Origin: an uncultured Pelagibacteraceae bacterium
GTDB lineage: Bacteria; Pseudomonadota; Alphaproteobacteria; Pelagibacterales; Pelagibacteraceae
Direction: 5' to 3'
NCBI GenBank assembly: GCA_902581405.1
Contig: CACHOJ010000004.1
Span: 13,527-77,526, forward strand
Length of the DNA: 64,000 bases
Part shown: piece after piece, positions 1 to 10,506 of the stretch
Numbering within the stretch: the stretch's first letter is position 1
Layout: each line of letters begins with the position of its first letter
The notes under the pieces: generated by a model
The model's database searches: none
What the model saw: only the letters and a program-made list of their open reading frames with translations
Told to the model about the DNA's origin: nothing
Translations under genes and position numbers: made by a program

Positions 1-2
1 TA

Positions 3-464
3 ATTTCAGATGTACAATTTAATAAAATTCAAGGATTAATTCAAAAAGGAATAGATGAAGGTGCAAAATTAGTTGCTGGCGGCCCAGGAAAACCTGAAGG
101 ATTAAAAGATGGTTATTACGTAAAACCTACAGTATTTGCAGATGTTAATAACGATATGGAAATTGCAAGAACGGAAATTTTTGGTCCAGTTTTATCTGTA
201 ATTCCATTTGAAACTGAAGAAGAGGCTATTCAAATTGCAAATGATACTGATTATGGATTAACAAATTATATTCAAACTCAAGATAATGACAAGGTACAAA
301 GAGTTGCAAGAAAACTTAGATCAGGAATGGTAGATGTTAATGGAGCAGGTATTGCAGTAGATGCACCATTTGGGGGATTTAAACATTCAGGGATTGGAAG
401 AGAAGCTGGAAAAGAAGGTTTGCTTGAATTTTTAGAAGTTAAATCTGTTGGTGGTTGGAATTAA
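3..464 (+). CDS. Aldehyde dehydrogenase family protein, 5'-truncated by window edge
   Basis: Frame is open from base 3 (ISDVQFNKIQGLIQKGIDEGAKLVAGG...GYYVKPTVF) into the track ORF 156..464; motifs EIFGPV, PFGGFKHSGIGRE. Confidence 0.93.
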   Translation: MSDVQFNKIQGLIQKGIDEGAKLVAGGPGKPEGLKDGYYVKPTVFADVNNDMEIARTEIFGPVLSVIPFETEEEAIQIANDTDYGLTNYIQTQDNDKVQRVARKLRSGMVDVNGAGIAVDAPFGGFKHSGIGREAGKEGLLEFLEVKSVGGWN

Positions 465-1651
465 TTCAAAGACTTATTTTTTACACCATCTAAAAAACTA
501 ATACATTTTTTTATTTCAGAAAGTTTTATAAACTCATCAATCTTATGTGCTTGCTTAATTGACCCTGGACCACACACAACTGTACTTATTCCTATTTCTT
601 GAAATAACCCTGCTTCGGTTCCAAAAGAGACTACCTCTCTAGAATTATCTCCAGTTATACTAGACACAAATTCACATGCCTCGGAATTTGAAATTCTATC
701 AAAACCAGTTATTTCACCAATGATATGTTTCTTTATGCTAGATTTTGGATATATCTTTTTCATTTCCGGCAAAAGTGTCTCGTTAGTAAATTTATCTATT
801 TCATGATTTAAAAAAATTCCATCTTCTTTCACAACAGGTCTTGTTTCCCAGTTTACATGACATTTGTCAGCAATTACATTATGAGCAATTCCACCAAAAA
901 TTCCACCAACTTGCAAAGTTGAATATGGAGGATCAAAGATAGAGTCTTTTAATTCTCTTTCTTTCAATTTTTCTTTTAATTCGAGAAGTTTATTTACATA
1001 TCTTGCAGCAAATTCAACTGCACTTACACCTTTGTCTGGTTCCGAACTATGTCCAGCAAGACCTTCAAAATAGGTTGTATATTCATAGCATCCTTTATGT
1101 GCATCAATAATTTTCATATTTGTTGGTTCACCAACAATACAAATACAATCTTTAATGCCTCTTTTTTTCAGTTCTGTAATCAAAATTGGTGCACCTTTGC
1201 ATGCTGTTTCTTCATCAAAAGTGAATGCAAAATGAATATCTCTATCTAAATTTGATGAAGAGAAAATTGGTGCGTAAGCTAATGCACATGCAATAAAACC
1301 TTTCATATCACACGATCCTCTGCCAAACAATTTATCTTCTTTGATTGTTGCATCAAAAGGATCTGTTGACCAACCTTTTGAAACTGGAACAACATCTGTG
1401 TGTCCAGATAAAATAATTGGTTTTTTATTACTTTTGTTTTTTGCTTTTAAAGTTGAGAAAAGATTTACTCTTTTTTTTTCCTCATCATAAGTTTTAAAAG
1501 AACTAGCTCCTAAAGAATTTAATATATCATCACAATAATCTATAAGTTGGTTATTATCTTCGCCAGATACTGTTTTAAATGCAATTAAATCTTTGAGAAT
1601 TCTTATCGAATTATTATATATATCTTCTAAATTATTTCCTGTACTCATCAA
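461..1651 (-). CDS. argE: Acetylornithine deacetylase (M20 family)
   Basis: LSGHTDVVP, GRGSCDMKG, FDEE, VGEPT, GHSS, FGTEAG, QAHKIDE motifs. Confidence 0.88.
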   Translation of the reverse strand: MMSTGNNLEDIYNNSIRILKDLIAFKTVSGEDNNQLIDYCDDILNSLGASSFKTYDEEKKRVNLFSTLKAKNKSNKKPIILSGHTDVVPVSKGWSTDPFDATIKEDKLFGRGSCDMKGFIACALAYAPIFSSSNLDRDIHFAFTFDEETACKGAPILITELKKRGIKDCICIVGEPTNMKIIDAHKGCYEYTTYFEGLAGHSSEPDKGVSAVEFAARYVNKLLELKEKLKERELKDSIFDPPYSTLQVGGIFGGIAHNVIADKCHVNWETRPVVKEDGIFLNHEIDKFTNETLLPEMKKIYPKSSIKKHIIGEITGFDRISNSEACEFVSSITGDNSREVVSFGTEAGLFQEIGISTVVCGPGSIKQAHKIDEFIKLSEIKKCISFLDGVKNKSLN

Positions 1652-1673
1652 TTATTAATTATATATTAAATTT

Positions 1674-2015
1674 ATGAAAGAACAAATAACATACGATACA
1701 TACGACAAAGTAGACATTAGGGTAGGAACAGTAATATCAGTAAAAAAAAATGAAAAAGCTAGAAAACCATCACTAGTTGTTGAAGTAGATTTTGGAAAAG
1801 GAATAGGGGTTAAACAATCATCTGCACAGATAACCCATTATTACAATGAAGAAAACTTAATTGGAAAACAAGTTATAGGAGTTTGTAATTTTCCTGAAAA
1901 AAATATAGCAGGTGTTGTTTCTCAAGTTTTAATTCTTGGCTCTATTGATAAAGAAGGAAAAGTTGTACTTGTTCATCCATCTCAAAAAGTTGAAAATGGT
2001 TTGCCTGTAGCATAG
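1674..2015 (+). CDS. csaA: CsaA-type tRNA-binding/secretion chaperone
   Basis: VDIRVGT, SSAQIT, VCNFPEKNIAGVVSQVLILG; 113 aa OB-fold size. Confidence 0.85.
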   Translation: MKEQITYDTYDKVDIRVGTVISVKKNEKARKPSLVVEVDFGKGIGVKQSSAQITHYYNEENLIGKQVIGVCNFPEKNIAGVVSQVLILGSIDKEGKVVLVHPSQKVENGLPVA

Positions 2016-2017
2016 TA

Positions 2018-2608
2018 ATGCATCCTGAATTGCTGTCTCTTTGTTTATTTATGTTTGTGACAAGCTGTTCGCCTGGACCAAATAATATTGTAGCGTCACA
2101 TTCAGGATTTAATCATGGGTTTAAAAAAACAATTCCTTTAATGTTAGGTGTGATTTTTGGTTTTACATTCATGTTGGCAGTTATAAATTTTGGCTTAATA
2201 AATATTTTTAAGCTTTATCCTATAATTCAAAAAGGTTTAATATTTACTGGTACAGCATTTTTAATTTATTTGTCATACAAGATATCATTTTCGAAATCAT
2301 CAGACGAAAATGAAAAATTAAGACCAGTAAATTTTATGGAAACTTTTCTTTATCAATTTTTAAATCCAAAAGGTGTGATAGTTGCAATTATTGCAGTTTC
2401 AACATATGTAGAATCAGGTAGTAATTTCATTTCTTATTCAATTTGGTTATTAGGTATTGCTTTTGTATTTGCAGTTATTAGTATTATTTTTTGGACAATA
2501 ATTGGAAAATTTATGAGGAAATTCGCGACAAATGAGAAATTTATTAAATGGTTTAATTATGTTATGTCGGCACTTTTACTAAGCTGTATAGCAACTTTTT
2601 ATTACTAG
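2018..2608 (+). CDS. LysE family translocator
   Basis: N-terminal SPGPNN, FQFLNPKG-like motif (YQFLNPKG), about 6 hydrophobic helices. Confidence 0.88.
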   Translation: MHPELLSLCLFMFVTSCSPGPNNIVASHSGFNHGFKKTIPLMLGVIFGFTFMLAVINFGLINIFKLYPIIQKGLIFTGTAFLIYLSYKISFSKSSDENEKLRPVNFMETFLYQFLNPKGVIVAIIAVSTYVESGSNFISYSIWLLGIAFVFAVISIIFWTIIGKFMRKFATNEKFIKWFNYVMSALLLSCIATFYY

Positions 2609-2612
2609 TATT

Positions 2613-5288
2613 ATGAAGCCTGGAAATCAAAATTCGTTCAATTCTTTAAAAGAACTAAATATAAATGGGAAAAACTATTCTATTTATTCTCTAAAAGAAG
2701 CTGAAAAAAATGGCTTAGAAGGCATCAATAAATTACCAAAATCAATTAAAGTTTTACTCGAGAATCTTCTAAGGTATGAGGACAATATCACTGTAAATAA
2801 ACAACAAATATTATCAATTAAAGATTGGCTAAATACAAAAAAATCAAAAACTGAAATTGCATATAGACCTGCAAGAGTACTTTTACAAGACTATACTGGT
2901 ATACCAGCTGTTGCTGACCTTGCCGCAATGAGAGATACAGTCAAAGAAAAAAATAAGGATCCAAATAAAATTAATCCTCTTTCTTCAGTAGATTTGGTAA
3001 TAGATCATTCTGTTCAAGTGGATAAATTTGCTACAAAGAATTCATTAAAAGAAAATGTTGATATCGAATTTGATAGAAACTTTGAAAGATACTCTTTTTT
3101 AAAGTGGGGGCAGCAAGCGTTTGATAATTTTAGAATTGTTCCACCTGGAACTGGGATTTGTCACCAAGTAAACTTAGAATACTTATCAAAAGTAGTGTGG
3201 AATGAAAGGTTTGAAGAAAAAGAATACTTATTTCCTGATACACTAGTTGGAACTGATAGTCATACGACAATGGTTAATGGTTTATCAGTACTTGGTTGGG
3301 GAGTAGGAGGAATTGAAGCAGAAGCAGGGATGCTAGGTCAACCAATATCTATGTTGATACCAGAGGTCATCGGATTTGAAATGAAAAATAAACTTCCCGA
3401 AGGTACAACTGCGACTGACCTTGTGTTAACAGTCGTAAAAATGTTAAGAGATAAGGGTGTTGTTGGAAAATTTGTAGAATTTTATGGTGAAGGACTTAAA
3501 AATTTAACACTCGCAGATAGAGCAACTATTGCGAACATGGCACCAGAATATGGAGCAACATGTGGTTTCTTTCCAATAGATGAAGAAACTTTAAAATACC
3601 TAGAATTTTCTGGTAGATCTAAAGAAAATATTCAGATTGTAGAACAATATGCAAAAGAACAAAATTTATGGGCAAGTGATGATATAATATTTACCGATAC
3701 TTTGTCTTTAGATATGTCTACAGTGGTCCCGACAATATCTGGACCAAAAAGACCTCAAGATAAAGTTCTTTTAACAGATGCCTCCAAAAATTTTATAAAA
3801 GTCTTTGAAGATGTATGTAAAAAAACAGAACCTACTGTGGCTAAAGTTAAAAACGAAAATTTTAAAATAAAAGACGGCGATATATTAATCGCAGCTATTA
3901 CTTCTTGTACTAATACGTCAAATCCAAATGTGTTAATTGGCGCAGGGTTGCTGGCTAAAAATGCTATAAAGAAAGGATTAATAGTTAAACCATGGGTTAA
4001 AACTTCGCTTGCCCCTGGATCACAAGTTGTAACAGATTATTTAGATAAGGCAGGTTTAAGTGAATATTTAGATCAATTAGGCTTTAACTTGGTTGGTTAC
4101 GGATGCACAACATGCATTGGTAACTCAGGACCTTTGCCAGATAATATCTCTGAGGCAGTTAAAGAAAATGATTTATATGCCGTCTCAGTTTTGTCTGGTA
4201 ATAGAAATTTTGAAGGTAGAATTTCTCCATTAGTCAAAGCTAACTATCTTGCCTCTCCTCCTTTGGTAGTAGCTTATGCAATCGCTGGTTCAATGAGAAT
4301 GGATTTATACAAAGATCCTCTTGGTAAAGATAGCGATGGGAATGAAGTATATTTAAAAGATATTTGGCCAACAAATAAAGAAATAGAAGACACGCTTATT
4401 CAATCTTTAAATCCTGAAATGTTTCTTAATAGATACTCAAATGTCTCCAAAGGACCAGAGCAATGGCAAAAAATTAAAGTTAATAAAGGCAGTATTTATA
4501 ATTGGGAGGAAAACTCAACTTATGTAAAAAAACCACCATTTTTTGAAAATTTGCCAGATGAACCTGAGGGGTTTAAGGAAATAAAAGATGCAAGGCCATT
4601 ATTAATATTGGGGGATATGGTGACTACAGATCATATATCTCCTGCGGGAAGTATACAAAAAGAAAGTCCAACAGGAAATTATTTTATGAAGCACCAAATT
4701 TTGCCAAAAGATTATAATTCTTATGGCTCAAGAAGAGGTAATCATGAGGTTATGATGAGAGGTACATTTGCCAATATAAGAATTAAAAATGAAATGGCTC
4801 CCGGAACAGAAGGAGGTTTTACAACACTCTATCCTGAAAAAAAAGTTATGCCCATTTATGATGCAGTTGTCGAATATAAAAAAAGAGGCGTTGATTTAGT
4901 TGTTTTTGGAGGTAAAGAGTATGGAACTGGATCCTCAAGAGATTGGGCAGCAAAAGGAACAAAGTTATTGGGTGTAAAAGCTGTAATAGCTGAAAGTTTC
5001 GAGAGAATTCATAGATCAAATCTTATAGGAATGGGCGTTTTGCCATTACAATTTATAAATAATATGAATAGACAAAATTTAAATCTAAAAGGATCTGAAT
5101 TAATTTCAATTATTAATATTGAAAAAGGTATAAATCCAGGAGATCAATTGGATGTTGAAATCAAATATTTAACTGGCGATATTAAAAAAATTAAAATGTT
5201 ATGCAGAATTGATACTAAAAATGAATTAGAATATTATAAGAATGGTGGTATTTTACAATATGTTTTAAGGAATATGATTAATGGATGA
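2613..5288 (+). CDS. acnA: Aconitate hydratase A
   Basis: DHSVQVD, GTDSHT, AAITSCTNTSNP, GYGCTTCIGNSG, TTDHISPAG, YGTGSSRDWAAKG. Confidence 0.98.
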   Translation: MKPGNQNSFNSLKELNINGKNYSIYSLKEAEKNGLEGINKLPKSIKVLLENLLRYEDNITVNKQQILSIKDWLNTKKSKTEIAYRPARVLLQDYTGIPAVADLAAMRDTVKEKNKDPNKINPLSSVDLVIDHSVQVDKFATKNSLKENVDIEFDRNFERYSFLKWGQQAFDNFRIVPPGTGICHQVNLEYLSKVVWNERFEEKEYLFPDTLVGTDSHTTMVNGLSVLGWGVGGIEAEAGMLGQPISMLIPEVIGFEMKNKLPEGTTATDLVLTVVKMLRDKGVVGKFVEFYGEGLKNLTLADRATIANMAPEYGATCGFFPIDEETLKYLEFSGRSKENIQIVEQYAKEQNLWASDDIIFTDTLSLDMSTVVPTISGPKRPQDKVLLTDASKNFIKVFEDVCKKTEPTVAKVKNENFKIKDGDILIAAITSCTNTSNPNVLIGAGLLAKNAIKKGLIVKPWVKTSLAPGSQVVTDYLDKAGLSEYLDQLGFNLVGYGCTTCIGNSGPLPDNISEAVKENDLYAVSVLSGNRNFEGRISPLVKANYLASPPLVVAYAIAGSMRMDLYKDPLGKDSDGNEVYLKDIWPTNKEIEDTLIQSLNPEMFLNRYSNVSKGPEQWQKIKVNKGSIYNWEENSTYVKKPPFFENLPDEPEGFKEIKDARPLLILGDMVTTDHISPAGSIQKESPTGNYFMKHQILPKDYNSYGSRRGNHEVMMRGTFANIRIKNEMAPGTEGGFTTLYPEKKVMPIYDAVVEYKKRGVDLVVFGGKEYGTGSSRDWAAKGTKLLGVKAVIAESFERIHRSNLIGMGVLPLQFINNMNRQNLNLKGSELISIINIEKGINPGDQLDVEIKYLTGDIKKIKMLCRIDTKNELEYYKNGGILQYVLRNMING

Positions 5289-5922
5289 GGAAATAGAAAT
5301 TATCAATACAAATACAAGAATTGAGAAACTTAAAAATTTTTTAGTCGCTAAAAGAAAAAAAATAATAACTTTATTAATAATATTAATATTAATATTAATA
5401 AGTTTTTTTGCGTATCAGGAATTTAACTCTAGGAATAAAATTAAATTGGCAAATAAATTTAATGATATTGTAATAAGTTTTGAAAATGGTCAAAAAAATG
5501 TAAATGATGAATTGATAGACATTATAAATGTCAAAGATAAAACATACTCACCATTGGCTTTTTTCTTTTTGTTAGACAATGATTTAATATCATCAAAAGA
5601 TGAAATTAATTCATACTTTGATATTTTAATAAACAACATACCTCTTGAAAAAGAGATTAAAAACTTAACTATTTATAAAAAAGGATTATTTAATTCTGAT
5701 TATGTTCAAGAAAATGAATTATTAAACATACTAAATCCAATAATTAAATCAGAAAGTATGTGGAAACCGCAAGCCTTATATTTAATGGCTGAATTTTATT
5801 TGTCAAAAAATCAAAAGCAGAAATCTAAAGAATTTTTTAATCAGATAGCAGAGATGGAAAATATTAGTCCAAAAATTAAACTAGAAGTTCAAAAAAGATT
5901 ACGTTCAGATTTCAGTGAGTAA
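5281..5922 (+). CDS. YfgM-like single-pass membrane TPR-like protein
   Basis: One N-terminal TM helix, helical C-terminal region, directly upstream of a BamB-like gene (known yfgM-bamB order). Confidence 0.6.
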   Translation: MDEEIEIINTNTRIEKLKNFLVAKRKKIITLLIILILILISFFAYQEFNSRNKIKLANKFNDIVISFENGQKNVNDELIDIINVKDKTYSPLAFFFLLDNDLISSKDEINSYFDILINNIPLEKEIKNLTIYKKGLFNSDYVQENELLNILNPIIKSESMWKPQALYLMAEFYLSKNQKQKSKEFFNQIAEMENISPKIKLEVQKRLRSDFSE

Positions 5923-7186
5923 ATGTATTAAATATATAATAATTTTATTATTTATATCTAATTGTAGCTTTACCAAAAATGAAAACAATGAAAATGAAAA
6001 TTTAGTAGATATTTTCCAAAAAACCTCACCTATTGAAAAAGAATTCAATCAACAGTTAAAAATAAAAAAGTTAAAATCTTTCAAACAAAAACCTTTTTTA
6101 AAAAATAATAGTAACAATAATGGTAACATAAACTTTGTCTCAAATTTTGAAAGTATTTCAAATTTTAAAATAAGTAAGATAAAAAAGTTTAAATCGAATC
6201 AACCAGAATTATTTTTTACGCAAGATAAAAATATTATTTTCTTTGACGGAAAAGGGACAATTTTTAAACTCAGTGAAAATCTTAAAGAGATATGGAAAGT
6301 CAATAATTATAATAAAAAAGAAAAAAAACTAAATCCAATATTGTATTTTGCTCAAGTTGATAAAAACTTAATTGTAAATGATAATTTATCAAAAATGTAT
6401 TCTATTAATTTAGATGATGGAAAAGTAATTTGGTCAAAATATAGCTCATCATCTTTTAACTCTGATATCAAGGTTTATGAAGACAAATTTATATCAATTG
6501 ATTTTGATAATGTAATTAGAGCAATTTCATCAAAAGATGGCACAGAATTATGGAATTTTAAAACAGAGAACTCATTTATTAAATCTCAAAAAAAACTTTC
6601 TATTATTTTAAAAGATGAAATTGTTTTTTTTATAAATAATTTAGGAGATGTTACAGCACTTGATGTTAATAATGGTAGTTTGGTGTGGCAGACACCTACA
6701 CAAAGTAATCTTATATATCAAGATGCATTTAGTTTAGAGAACTCAGATCTAGTTTTTGAGAATGATACTATTTATTTCTCAAATAACAAAAATGAATTTT
6801 TTTCGATTGATGCAAGAACTGGTATAATTAAATGGACACAATCTATTAATTCAAGTTTAAGACCGACAATTATTGAAAATTTAATTTTTACAGTGTCTAA
6901 TGAAGGTTATCTATTTGTAATAGATGACAGAACTGGAAATATTTTGAGAATAACAGATGTTTTAACAAACTTGAAAAATAGAGATAATATTAAACCGACA
7001 GGGTTTATACATGGAAAACAAAAATTATTTGTATCCTTGAGCAACGGGAGATTATTAGTTATAAATTCATCAACAGGGTCTCAAGAAAAAATAATTAAGC
7101 TTCATGGTTCAAAAATTTCTAGACCATCAGTATTTAATAATAGCATGTATTTGATAAAAGATAGTGCTATCGTTAAAATAAACTGA
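5915..7186 (+). CDS. PQQ-like beta-propeller lipoprotein (BamB-like)
   Basis: GTG start; lipobox-like FISNC; repeated 'D..dG...W' propeller repeats (LDDGKVIW, KDGTELW, NNGSLVW, RTGIIKW). Confidence 0.75.
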   Translation: MSKCIKYIIILLFISNCSFTKNENNENENLVDIFQKTSPIEKEFNQQLKIKKLKSFKQKPFLKNNSNNNGNINFVSNFESISNFKISKIKKFKSNQPELFFTQDKNIIFFDGKGTIFKLSENLKEIWKVNNYNKKEKKLNPILYFAQVDKNLIVNDNLSKMYSINLDDGKVIWSKYSSSSFNSDIKVYEDKFISIDFDNVIRAISSKDGTELWNFKTENSFIKSQKKLSIILKDEIVFFINNLGDVTALDVNNGSLVWQTPTQSNLIYQDAFSLENSDLVFENDTIYFSNNKNEFFSIDARTGIIKWTQSINSSLRPTIIENLIFTVSNEGYLFVIDDRTGNILRITDVLTNLKNRDNIKPTGFIHGKQKLFVSLSNGRLLVINSSTGSQEKIIKLHGSKISRPSVFNNSMYLIKDSAIVKIN

Positions 7187-7614
7187 TGTTTTTAAAAATA
7201 TTAGAAAAATTAGGTAGAAAAAAAGTTGTATTGGATAGAGGGCCATCCCACCCTGAGTATAGCAATGCTAAACCCTGGATGAATAGATACTATTTGTTAT
7301 TTCGGCATCGACCTAAATGGTTTCCATTTAATATTTTAATTCATGAAATGTTAGATGATGATCATGGAAATGGAGTACACAATCATTTGTTTCCTTTCAT
7401 TACAATAATACTTAGAGGAGGATATTGGGAAACATTAAAATCAGGTAAATTTTGGAGAGCGCCAGGCTATATAGGATTTAGATCTGCTAATAATTTTCAT
7501 AGAGTAGATTTAGAACCAGGCACTAGACCTCTAACTATTTTTATAGCTGGTCCATATGGACTTAGAAAAGGACCAAGATCAGAATATGGAATAGACTTTA
7601 AAACTAAAAAATGA
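7186..7614 (+). CDS. Hypothetical cupin-like metal-binding protein
   Basis: HNH..PFITIILRGGYWE and FHRVDL segments resemble the two cupin metal-binding motifs; translationally coupled at both ends. Confidence 0.55.
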   Translation: MFLKILEKLGRKKVVLDRGPSHPEYSNAKPWMNRYYLLFRHRPKWFPFNILIHEMLDDDHGNGVHNHLFPFITIILRGGYWETLKSGKFWRAPGYIGFRSANNFHRVDLEPGTRPLTIFIAGPYGLRKGPRSEYGIDFKTKK

Positions 7615-8663
7615 ATTTAAATAAATCTTTCCTTAAATTTTGTGAAGATAATGAATATGAAATTAATGAAAACCAAATTAATGTTATTGAAAAATTAAGT
7701 GAGTTTTACAATCTAAACTTCAAACAATCTTTTATTAAAACAATATTTACAAAAAAAAAATATAAATTAGGTTTTTATCTAGTTGGAGATGTAGGTGTAG
7801 GTAAAACTATGATTTTAAATTTTTTTTTTAATTCTTTGAAAGAAAATAAAATAAGATTACATTTCAACGAGTTCATGATCAAATTTCATGAATATGTACA
7901 TAAAAACAAAGAAAGTGGAAAAGAAAATGGTTTAGACAAATTTGTTGAAGATTTATCAAGAAAAACAAAAATTATTTATTTTGATGAATTTCAAGTAACC
8001 AACATTGTAGATGCAATGATATTAGGTAAATTATTTGAAAAGATATTTGAAAATAAGTTAAGAGTGATTTTTTCCTCAAACATAAATGTGAAAGATTTGT
8101 ATAAAAATGGGCTTCAAAGAGACCAATTTTTACCATTCATTAAAATTTTAGGTGATAATTGTTCAGAAATAGAACTTAATATTGAGGAAGATTATAGAAC
8201 TAATAAAAATATAACATTGGATAGATTTTTATCTCCAATAGATCAATCGTCAAATTTTAGATTTAATAAGTTTTTTAGAAAAATGACTAAGGGTAAAAAC
8301 AAAATATCTAAAATATTAGATATTAAGGGCCGCAAACTAACAATTGAGAACTATTATGACAGAGTTGTCAAATTCACTTTTGATGAAATATGTAATAAAA
8401 ACTTAGGATCTGAGGATTATATTGAGATTGGAAAAGAAAGTGATTTAATTTTTATTGAAAATTTGCCTAATTTTAATGAGAGTAACTCTAATCAACAACA
8501 TAGATTTATGACTTTTATAGATATTATTTATGAAAAAAAAATACCTTTAATGATTAAATCTGAAGTAGATCTAAACATGCTTTGCTCAGCAAACAGCCTG
8601 AAAGAGCCATTTAAAAGAACTGTAAGTCGTTTGTACGAAATGACATCGCAAAAGCTTAATTAA
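7611..8663 (+). CDS. zapE: Cell division ATPase ZapE (AFG1 family)
   Basis: Walker A GDVGVGKT, FDEFQVTNIVDAMILG, GLQRDQFLPFI, FKRTVSRLYEM. Confidence 0.92.
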   Translation: MNLNKSFLKFCEDNEYEINENQINVIEKLSEFYNLNFKQSFIKTIFTKKKYKLGFYLVGDVGVGKTMILNFFFNSLKENKIRLHFNEFMIKFHEYVHKNKESGKENGLDKFVEDLSRKTKIIYFDEFQVTNIVDAMILGKLFEKIFENKLRVIFSSNINVKDLYKNGLQRDQFLPFIKILGDNCSEIELNIEEDYRTNKNITLDRFLSPIDQSSNFRFNKFFRKMTKGKNKISKILDIKGRKLTIENYYDRVVKFTFDEICNKNLGSEDYIEIGKESDLIFIENLPNFNESNSNQQHRFMTFIDIIYEKKIPLMIKSEVDLNMLCSANSLKEPFKRTVSRLYEMTSQKLN

Positions 8664-8666
8664 TAT

Positions 8667-9086
8667 ATGATACAAGAGTTTTATAATCTAAAAATCAACA
8701 CAAATGGACAAAAACTTTATGAATTTACAGATGAAACAATTGATTGGGTTAAAAAAAATAATTTTAAAAATGGGATTTTGAATTTATCAATTCAACATAC
8801 AAGCGCATCTCTAATTGTTCAAGAAAATGCAGATCCAGATGTTCAAACTGATTTAATAAATTATTTTAATAAGTTGGTACCTATGGACAATTCGTTATAT
8901 ATCCATACTACCGAAGGTAAGGATGATATGCCTGCTCATATAAAATCAACTTTAACCAATAATCAAATTTCTTTCAGCATTAGAAAAAATGAAATTCTTT
9001 TAGGAACTTGGCAAGGTATTTATCTATTTGAGCATAGATTAGATCCAACTACACGAATCGTAATACATCATTTTATAGGGGATTAG
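8667..9086 (+). CDS. yjbQ: YjbQ/UPF0047 family protein
   Basis: HTSASL..QENADPDV, EGKDDMPAHIKS, LGTWQGIYLFEHR. Confidence 0.92.
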   Translation: MIQEFYNLKINTNGQKLYEFTDETIDWVKKNNFKNGILNLSIQHTSASLIVQENADPDVQTDLINYFNKLVPMDNSLYIHTTEGKDDMPAHIKSTLTNNQISFSIRKNEILLGTWQGIYLFEHRLDPTTRIVIHHFIGD

Positions 9087-10506
9087 TTTTTTTTTTAATA
9101 GATTGGAAAGCACTCAAAGCATCATTCCTAGCCTTTTCATGGATCACAATCGGCATAGGATAATCAGAACCTATAATAGTATTTATTGCTTCTTGGTATT
9201 TTCTTTCCATTTCCCAAGGTTTATGAATAAATTTTGTAGGCACTTTATTTAATTCAGGAACCCATTTTTTTACATATTGTCCTTGTTTATCGAATTTTTC
9301 ACCCTGTAAAATAGGGTTAAAAATTCTGAAATATGGAGCAGCATCAGCTCCACATCCTGCTACCCATTGCCATTGAGCAACATTATTTGCTTCATTAAAA
9401 TCAAGTAGGCAATTTCTGAAAAATTTTTCTCCTTCTTTCCAATTAATTCTTAAATGTTTAACTAAAAAGGAGCCAACAACCATTCTAATTCGATTATGCA
9501 TCCAACCAGTTTCATATAATTCTCTCATTCCAGCATCAACAATTGGATAGCCCGTCATTCCTTTTTTCCATGCATTTAAAAATTTAGTATTATTAACCCA
9601 TGGGAAATTATCAAATTCTTTTCTTAAATTTCCCTTCAGCATTTCTGGAAAGTAATTAATAAGACTATGTGAAAACTCTCTCCAACCAATTTCATTGGTA
9701 TATTTTTTTACACTTATATTTTTAGACTTTAATTTTTTACATTTCTCCCAGATATCACCAACATTAATCTGTCCATTTCTAATATATGGAGAAAGTTTTG
9801 ATGTTCCTTCAATAGATGGAAAGTCGCGATCTAAACTATAATTTAATATTTTTTTATTTACAAAGTTATCTAAGTATTCGTGAGCTTTTTTTTCTGAAGG
9901 TATCCAGTATTTCTCAAACTTCATATACCATTTTGACTTAGGTAAAATCTGTTCAGTTTTTATTTGTTTTTTAAATAGTACTTCTATCTTTTTACATTTT
10001 TTGACCTTGTTGAATTTATCTGGAATTCTCTCTAAATAATATTGCTCTGCATTTCTCCAAAAAGGACTATAAACTTTAAAAGGTGTTCCATCATTTTTCA
10101 TAATTTTATTATATTCATTTAGCACATTCCCTTTAAAAAATTTAAAATCAATTTTTTTATTATTTAAATCCTTTCCAATTTCTTTATCTTTATTCAATTC
10201 AGCAGGTTCATAAACTTTATTCCAATAAATAGAAATTTTATTATTATATTTTAATTTAGAAAAAAAATTAATTTCATCATCTTTAATTATTTCTAATCCA
10301 ATATTGAATTTTTTTAAATCAGATCTAAAATTTTCCAAAGATTTACTTAGCCACCATTTTTGTGCCTCTCTTTTATTATCAAAAATGTGATTATTAAAAA
10401 TAAAAACTGCAGTTACAACATCATGATTATTTGTTGCATAAATTAATGCATCATTATTGTTTATGCGAAAATCATCTCTAATCCAAACAAGAGCTTTACT
10501 AGACAT
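9073..10506 (-). CDS. phrB: Deoxyribodipyrimidine photolyase (class I CPD type)
   Basis: VWIRDDFRI, TSKLSPY, TGYPIVDAGMRELYETGWMHNRIRM, WQWVAGCG, FRIFNP; start moved to ATG 10506 (MSSKALVW), overlapping the upstream TAG. Confidence 0.93.
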   Translation of the reverse strand: MSSKALVWIRDDFRINNNDALIYATNNHDVVTAVFIFNNHIFDNKREAQKWWLSKSLENFRSDLKKFNIGLEIIKDDEINFFSKLKYNNKISIYWNKVYEPAELNKDKEIGKDLNNKKIDFKFFKGNVLNEYNKIMKNDGTPFKVYSPFWRNAEQYYLERIPDKFNKVKKCKKIEVLFKKQIKTEQILPKSKWYMKFEKYWIPSEKKAHEYLDNFVNKKILNYSLDRDFPSIEGTSKLSPYIRNGQINVGDIWEKCKKLKSKNISVKKYTNEIGWREFSHSLINYFPEMLKGNLRKEFDNFPWVNNTKFLNAWKKGMTGYPIVDAGMRELYETGWMHNRIRMVVGSFLVKHLRINWKEGEKFFRNCLLDFNEANNVAQWQWVAGCGADAAPYFRIFNPILQGEKFDKQGQYVKKWVPELNKVPTKFIHKPWEMERKYQEAINTIIGSDYPMPIVIHEKARNDALSAFQSIKKKTNPL

